This document shows positions 58,160-64,000 of a DNA stretch of 64,000 nt, piece by piece (the first letter of the stretch is position 1; each line of letters opens with the position of its first letter). Where the stretch lies: assembly GCA_047967505.1 (NCBI GenBank), contig CM106538.1; one strand, written 5' to 3'. Source of the stretch: Dipteris shenzhenensis (Eukaryota). The notes below the pieces were generated by a model. That model worked only from the letters and a program-made list of their open reading frames with translations, searched no databases and had not been told where the DNA came from. A program made the translations under genes and the position numbers.

Positions 58160-60870
58160 AACTCATTGCAAGCACAGCTGTGGCCTCTCTCAGATCCCCC
58201 TTTTTGCTACAGGTCATCCTCCGCCATGTCCACATTTGGGGGTTCATTGGTGGGAAGGTGAGTCCTATATCCCGACACCCCTCTCACCGATCCACTATAG
58301 GTACATCCACTTCTCAATGCAATGCTCCATCAGCATCCATGGAGAATCTCTCGGAGGTGTTTTGCAGAGAGAGAGATCTAATGGTCAACCTTGGGAAAAC
58401 TAAGGTTATGATCTTCAACAACGAGCAGTGACTCACCGACTTAGTTTCACCTATCGTGGTGAGCCAGTGGAGATAGTGCAGTCATACACACATTTGGGAG
58501 CAATCTTCACAGGATCCATCTTCACGATGAAACATGTAGCCCAGGCACAACTCACACGAGGGCGTAGTGCTTTGGCTAGACTAGAGTGGCAATGTTTTCA
58601 GGTGCACTTCCAGGATCCACTGACGAAGGGCTGGCTTTTCGACACACTGGTGCTACCAACTGTCATGTATGCAACACCTTTCTGGGGGTGCGATCTTCCG
58701 AGGACACCTTTTTGGAGGTGCGATCTTCTGAGGACAGATTGGAGGAGCTTCAAGCGGCTACAGGTGACGATGGGGTCCGGGATGTGATCCAATGTAAGCC
58801 CTCAGTTCCACATGAGATAGGACAGGCAGAGTTCACCATGACACCTCTCCAGGTTGATGCCATCTTTCAGACAGTGACTTTCATCCACAGAGTCTGGGAC
58901 TTACCCCATTGGAGACTTCCGAGGTTGGCCCTAGAGTCATCCAGATGACTCGCAGAGAGCGGGGCATACACATGGTATGCACGCATATCTACATGGCTTG
59001 CTAGGCACGGTATCTAGATGGACAGGCTTCCCCCCTTTCAGTATAGCATGGATGCACCTCCTAAGTCGATCCCACGAGATGGGATCAAGCGTATCATACG
59101 GTTAGACCTCCTCCAGTTTCACACATCTTGGACTTAGAGGGAGGACCAGGAGCTCCCCATCAAGACCCAATTTTATTGCGATCACTTCCTGAGAGTATCA
59201 GAGGAGGGATTCATTATCAGACCCCAGTATCTCGAGGATAGAGGAGTCTCCCATGCACTGAGGATTACCATTGGTCAGATGCGGCTTTCGTCCCATTAGC
59301 TGAGGATCGAGGCAGGGAGAGCAATGGGTATACCCAGAGAGCAACGGGTCTGCACACTATGTACGCTGGGGGCGGTTGAGGTAGAGGAGCATTTTCTTTG
59401 TGTTTGCCCAGCCTACCACGAGATTCGGGGACGCTACCACTGTCTCTACCTAGAGGGGAGTGGCTTCGGTCCTTTGTCACAACTGATCCATTTCCATGAC
59501 CAGGTCTGTATTGGGCTTTATCTGATGGAGATGCAGGGACACAGGGAGATGCTTCTACGACACATCAGAGAGTAGCAATGGATGGTCAGACCACTATAGG
59601 ACATAGAGGGTGATCGGGCACAGCAACACGTCACAGACTTCTATACATTTGAGTCAGCCCCCGGACATAGTGGAGTGGAGGAGGAGGAGCTAGTCGATAT
59701 GAGAGTAGTGTGGATGAGCAGCCGGCACAGTACCATTGAGAGAGGTGGAGAGGTCACATGTGCGACAAAGAGCCCCTAGAGGACACTCTATTGAGGTCTG
59801 ACCTATCACAGCTTTCCTCAAGGGAGACTGACAGAGATGAGGGATCACTCTAGACATACCAGAGAGCGAGGAGACCGCGTCCCCCATCGCAGTGCGAGAG
59901 ACAGCTCGACAGACGTAGATTTGAGACATCTTCGCAGCCCACCAAAGAGCCATAACTGTGCCAGGCTTCGGTTTCGTCCCAACGTTTGGATAGATTGATT
60001 GATATGGCCCACTCTGCAGTTGTAGTTGACTTTTTTTTCTATGATTATGATTCTATTAGCATAGATTAGTACTTAGCAAGGGTCCTAGCATACCCTTTGC
60101 TTCAGCCCACTGAGGCTTGTATGAGTTCACTTTTCTATGCACTTTGTCCCATAGGCCCGTGAGGCCTCCCGTGGACGTTAATATATCTTTCTCTCAGGGA
60201 CAAGTCAGAGACTAATATTTGCTCCTTGAACCCACAGCTCTTGTTCCAGCTCACCAAGGTAAGCCATTCTAGAATAACAATCCAAGTAGCACCAACCATC
60301 CATGGTACCACTCTCCTCTCAATCCCGAACATGCCAACAATCTTGAGAAATACAAGTACCTATACTAGGTACATCCAGCTGTCCCCCTCATGAGCCAAGG
60401 ACAGCCTGGCTCCATCCAAGCACCATGCTCCCGAGGTTTGTTTCTACCCGTCACTACTCTGACACCATCTGCAGACTGCAACCAAGAGAATAATGAGATC
60501 CTTGTGGTTACTCCACATAGATCCCCATCACTAAATGCTTTTCCAGAAATCCTGAATCACCCTCCAGCAATCTCAGACATGAGCTCCAAATGAGCTTCAT
60601 CCTGAGTAAGCCTGCAGTAAGGTAGACCCTCCTGATCTGATGATGTTCTTGTTTCCACCCTAAAGGCATCAATAGGTTCACGTGTTTCTGCTTCCAGTAT
60701 CCTGTAAGTGAGCTTTAAAGAAGTCTCCAAAGCACCTGTCCATATGAGCAACTCACGCTCAAAGCCATCATCACCACTCCTACAGAAGATATGTAGCAGG
60801 CACTAATAGCCTCTACAACAAGACTTCTCCCTCTTCTGCCAGGAAGGCTTTCACCCTCCATCCTCTCAAT
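58160..60870 (-). mobile_element. L1-like relic of the 6950-8200 family, split by the RTEX insertion
   Basis: Reverse-complement matches GGAGAGTGGTACCATGGAYGGTTGGTGCTACT (about 60290-60320) and TCGGTGAGAGGGGTGT..GGACATGG..TGACCTGTAGCAA (about 58200-58290). Outer limits approximate. Confidence 0.65.
58345..60140 (+). mobile_element. 5'-truncated RTEX-like LINE (RT C-terminus and C-terminal zinc finger)
   Basis: VNLGKTKVMIF, EIVQSYTHLG, LFDTLVLPTVMYA..WG, RLSSH*LRIEAGR..REQRVCTLC..EVEEHFLCVCPAYHEIR. Confidence 0.85.
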
Positions 60871-61448
60871 ACTGGAGAAAGTTGTTTGTTGTAATAACAT
60901 TACAATTCAGTTTACTGTGTTTTCTCTGAGTATTTACAGAAGTTGAATGCGTGTTATGAACTCCCTATCCAAAGGCACATATTTTGCTCTGGTTTTTCTA
61001 CAAAAATGACCAATATGTTGCAACATTACGACCATCATTCTTACAGAAAAAGATGCTTATGAATTTGTATTTTTCACTAATTTTCAAACACTTTGCAGGA
61101 TTAGGATTTTTGCTCTGTGCTGCCGTTATTAGCAAGCTAGGGTCTTATTTTTCCATACTAGATCAAAAACGTTCTCCATCTATTGAATCCTTATTTCTAT
61201 GAATTCTTACAGGCTATAATATCATTGTGATATGGTTACATTATTTTTTGAAACTAGATTTTGTCTTAGTTCTTTGGATTCATTTGGTAACTGCAACATC
61301 TTCAGGACAGCTATAGTATGGCACCAACCGAATATTATTTTATTCTTGATAATATCCTTTTGGAATGTGCTCCACCATTATTGGTGATGCTCTTTGTTTA
61401 GCTCAGTTGGGTCCTCTGCCCTGATTGTTCAAGTTGCTCTTGTGTTCT

Positions 61449-63405
61449 TGGACTACTTTTTTATTAGCCTTCTCCTTTAGTACTAGTCTTCGTCATGGCT
61501 GAGTCTGCCCTTCACCTCTAGAGTGCCAACAGAAACTCAATACGAAGACTTTGTATAAATGGATGCTCAAGTATGTGTGGGTGTGTGGATTTGTATGTGT
61601 GAGAGTATATGTTTATACTATGTTCTACACACACTGTTGGGCGCTAATGACGTCAGTGGGGATGTCATAGTAGCTAGTCCTTGCTATGTGTGATAGAGTT
61701 CATTTTGATGATTTGACGCTTGAGTTTTGGTGACACTATCCTCCATTAAGGCAAACATATTTGGGTGCACCTGGTATTTGGTGTGATTTCTCTCTTGTAG
61801 GCACTAGCATTTGGGATTTTGCTTTATTTGTATCATGGCATTCTCTTCCATGTTTAAAAAGGATTTTTCAAGCATTAAAAAGTTTGATGGAATAAAATTT
61901 TCTCTATGAAAAGAACAGATAAGAGATGTGCTTATTACAAAGAAGCAGATTAAACCCTTGGCAGGGATTGAAGCCAATCTTGTAGCTTTGTCTGAGGATG
62001 ATTGGAATGAGTTGGATGCATTAGCAAAGTCTACTATTAGACTTCGTCTTGAAGAGTTAGTTTACTTCACAGTAGTAAATGAGCAGACTATGGAAGATTT
62101 GTGGAAGAAATTATGTATCACTTATGAGAAGGAAACTATCTCTAATAAAGTTTACCTCATGAAGAGATTGTTTAAGCTGTAGATGAAGGAAAGGATCTCC
62201 ATTGATTTTCTCATTTGAATGAATTCAATATTATTTTCAGCGAGATTTAGGCTCAGAAGATGAATTTTGATGCAGAGACTAAAACAACATTCTTCTTGTG
62301 TTCACATTGTCATCCTCAAGGGATATCTTCTGTACAACTGTCATCAGTAACTTTGCATCTGGTGGAGTACTAAAGTTTGATGATGTTGTGGGTAGCTTGT
62401 TAGCCGAGGATATTAGATGGAATTATATGGATGGCAATAAGTAGGATGTAGCCTTAAATGTGCAAAGGGGCATATCACAGTTCAGGAGAAAGTCCCAAGC
62501 AAGAGGGAAGTCTCATAGCAAATCCAAGGAATGGGGATCTGCATAAGAAAATTTACATGGAACAATCAAAAGGCTTTGAAAAGGGTAAAGAGAATTTGGT
62601 TTGTAAGATGAAAAAGAGTCTCTATGGCCTAAGCAAGCACCTAGATAATAGTATCAAAAGTTTGATGCTTTCTTTTGGTCCCAAGGTTTCAAAAGAAGTG
62701 AGATTGATCACTGCCTCCACACTAAAAGAGCTAAGGATAATAGCCTGATACTTTTTGCACTTTATGTGGATGATATGCTATTGGCTAGCAAGAACACTTA
62801 TCAGCTAGATCCATTGAAGGACAAGTTGCATGAGACCTTAGACATGAAGGATTTGGGACTTGCAGGTTATATTCTTGGTATATGCGTCACACGTGACCGG
62901 AGTAGGAAACTCCTTTGGCTTTCATAGAAGGAGTATGCTACAAAAGTATTGCAGCATTTCAATATGGAGGGGGGGAAGGATGTAGTTACTCCATTGCCTC
63001 CATATGTAAAACTGAGTTAGCCAAATAGTCCCAAATCAGATGAGAAGAGGGCCATGATGGCCAATGATAGCTACTAGAACGGACATTGCATTTGCAGTGG
63101 GAGTTCTTAGTTGGTATGGCTAATTCAGGAAAGAGGCATTGGGAGGCAGAAGTGCATCATGAGGTACCAGGGATGTTTTCATCGAAGGTATAGAAATATA
63201 GTATTATAATATCATGGGAAAATTTTTAATAGATTATTTTTCAAAGTTTCAAAGCATTGGCGAATTCCAGCTTTTTCTAGAATTTTTGTTTCAAATTTTG
63301 GCGAGATATTATTGACCTAATGAGTGACTATCATGAGATTGAAACTGCACTATGTTGTCTTTTAGAGTATTAGTTTGGGCATGTTCCTGGATTCATCTAG
63401 ATATA
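61449..63405. mobile_element. Dispersed copy of the hairpin-rich repeat with a 14-bp TSD, interrupted by a Copia relic
   Basis: 61452-61700 matches 5071-5320; 63320-63405 matches the R end; TGCTCTTGTGTTCT at 61435-61448 and 63406-63419. Confidence 0.8.
61835..63168 (+). mobile_element. Tork/Tnt1-like Copia relic (gag fused to RT fragment, no LTRs seen)
   Basis: IKKFDG..AKSTIRLRL..LWKKL..YEKETISNKVYLMKRLFKL; IYMEQ..KKSLYGL; LYVDDML; DMKDLG. Confidence 0.9.
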
Positions 63406-64000
63406 TGCTCTTGTGTTCTAGATGGTGCATTCAACTTCTCAAGCATCTGGCTATGCTTTTAGGTCAAACCTGGCATCTGGCTATGCTTTTAGGTCAAACC
63501 TGTGGGATTTGTCACAGTAGGGTCTGACAGGCCTTTTCATTCACATTTTCAGCTTCATATGCTGCTCTTTAACTGCTTTGACTAGCTTTGACCTCGTTTT
63601 GCCTTGCTAGTTAGCCGAGATTGGATTACTCCCAATTATTCGATGAGGCTTAGGGATCGACCTCAAGTTTTGATGCCAAACGTTGGAAATCAGGATGCAA
63701 ACATGCCATGCTTGGATGCCATTGTGAGAAGATTTGCATGCAAACAAATGGATTAGAAACTTGTAATGGCAGCTGATAATAAGAAAATGAATTATATACA
63801 AGATGTACAACACTCTATTGTAAAACAAGGCTCACTAAGATGGCAGACCAGACATCATATGCAATGGGTTTGTAGATATAGATTATGGATGTGGTGGTAG
63901 CTTAAGACGAGAGCACCTTAACCTTGCCAAAATCTGATCCCAAATGAGGGGTTTGGGGCCTTTTAGGTCGGACTTGTCAATGTGTTGACTTTTAAGTCAT

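Noticed and set aside
60984-61430. Hydrophobic ORF or possible exon (also 63607-63828)
   Set aside because: Short, stops in the neighbouring sequence, no recognisable family.
61488-61548. Apparent compensatory change CTTCGT/ACGAAG versus CTTCAT/ATGAAG
   Set aside because: Both changes are at CpG sites and can arise by independent deamination; not evidence of selection.

Overview
Eukaryotic, repeat-rich land-plant nuclear DNA. Long TE-filled introns, an RTEX-type LINE and the TE mix suggest a non-seed plant such as a fern (inference). Two host genes, both on the minus strand, can be rebuilt exon by exon. (1) A proton pump-interactor (PPI1-like) gene: ATG at 11031, five coding exons down to 6160, one GC-AG intron, running off the left edge. 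(2) The 3' part of a GAMETE EXPRESSED 2 (GEX2)-like gene: eight exons from 56648 to the stop at 39403, with the N-terminal exons not found. The rest is nested, mostly decayed transposons: an L1 LINE cut by the left edge, L1 fragments, an RTEX-like LINE, two copies of one Copia family, a Tork/Tnt1-like Copia relic, Gypsy relics and a TRIM. The most unusual region is about 28.3-38.7 kb. It looks like a decayed multi-gene DNA transposon with a RAG1/Transib-like transposase fragment, a BAH-like reader gene, a Tudor/BAH-like domain and a divergent histone H3 gene with partly CENH3-like residues. Also notable are a dense cluster of SBP/SPL-type GTAC sites in the L1 5' UTR and a hairpin-rich dispersed and tandem repeat with a 14-bp TSD. 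All homology calls come from motif recognition by eye; no searches were run.
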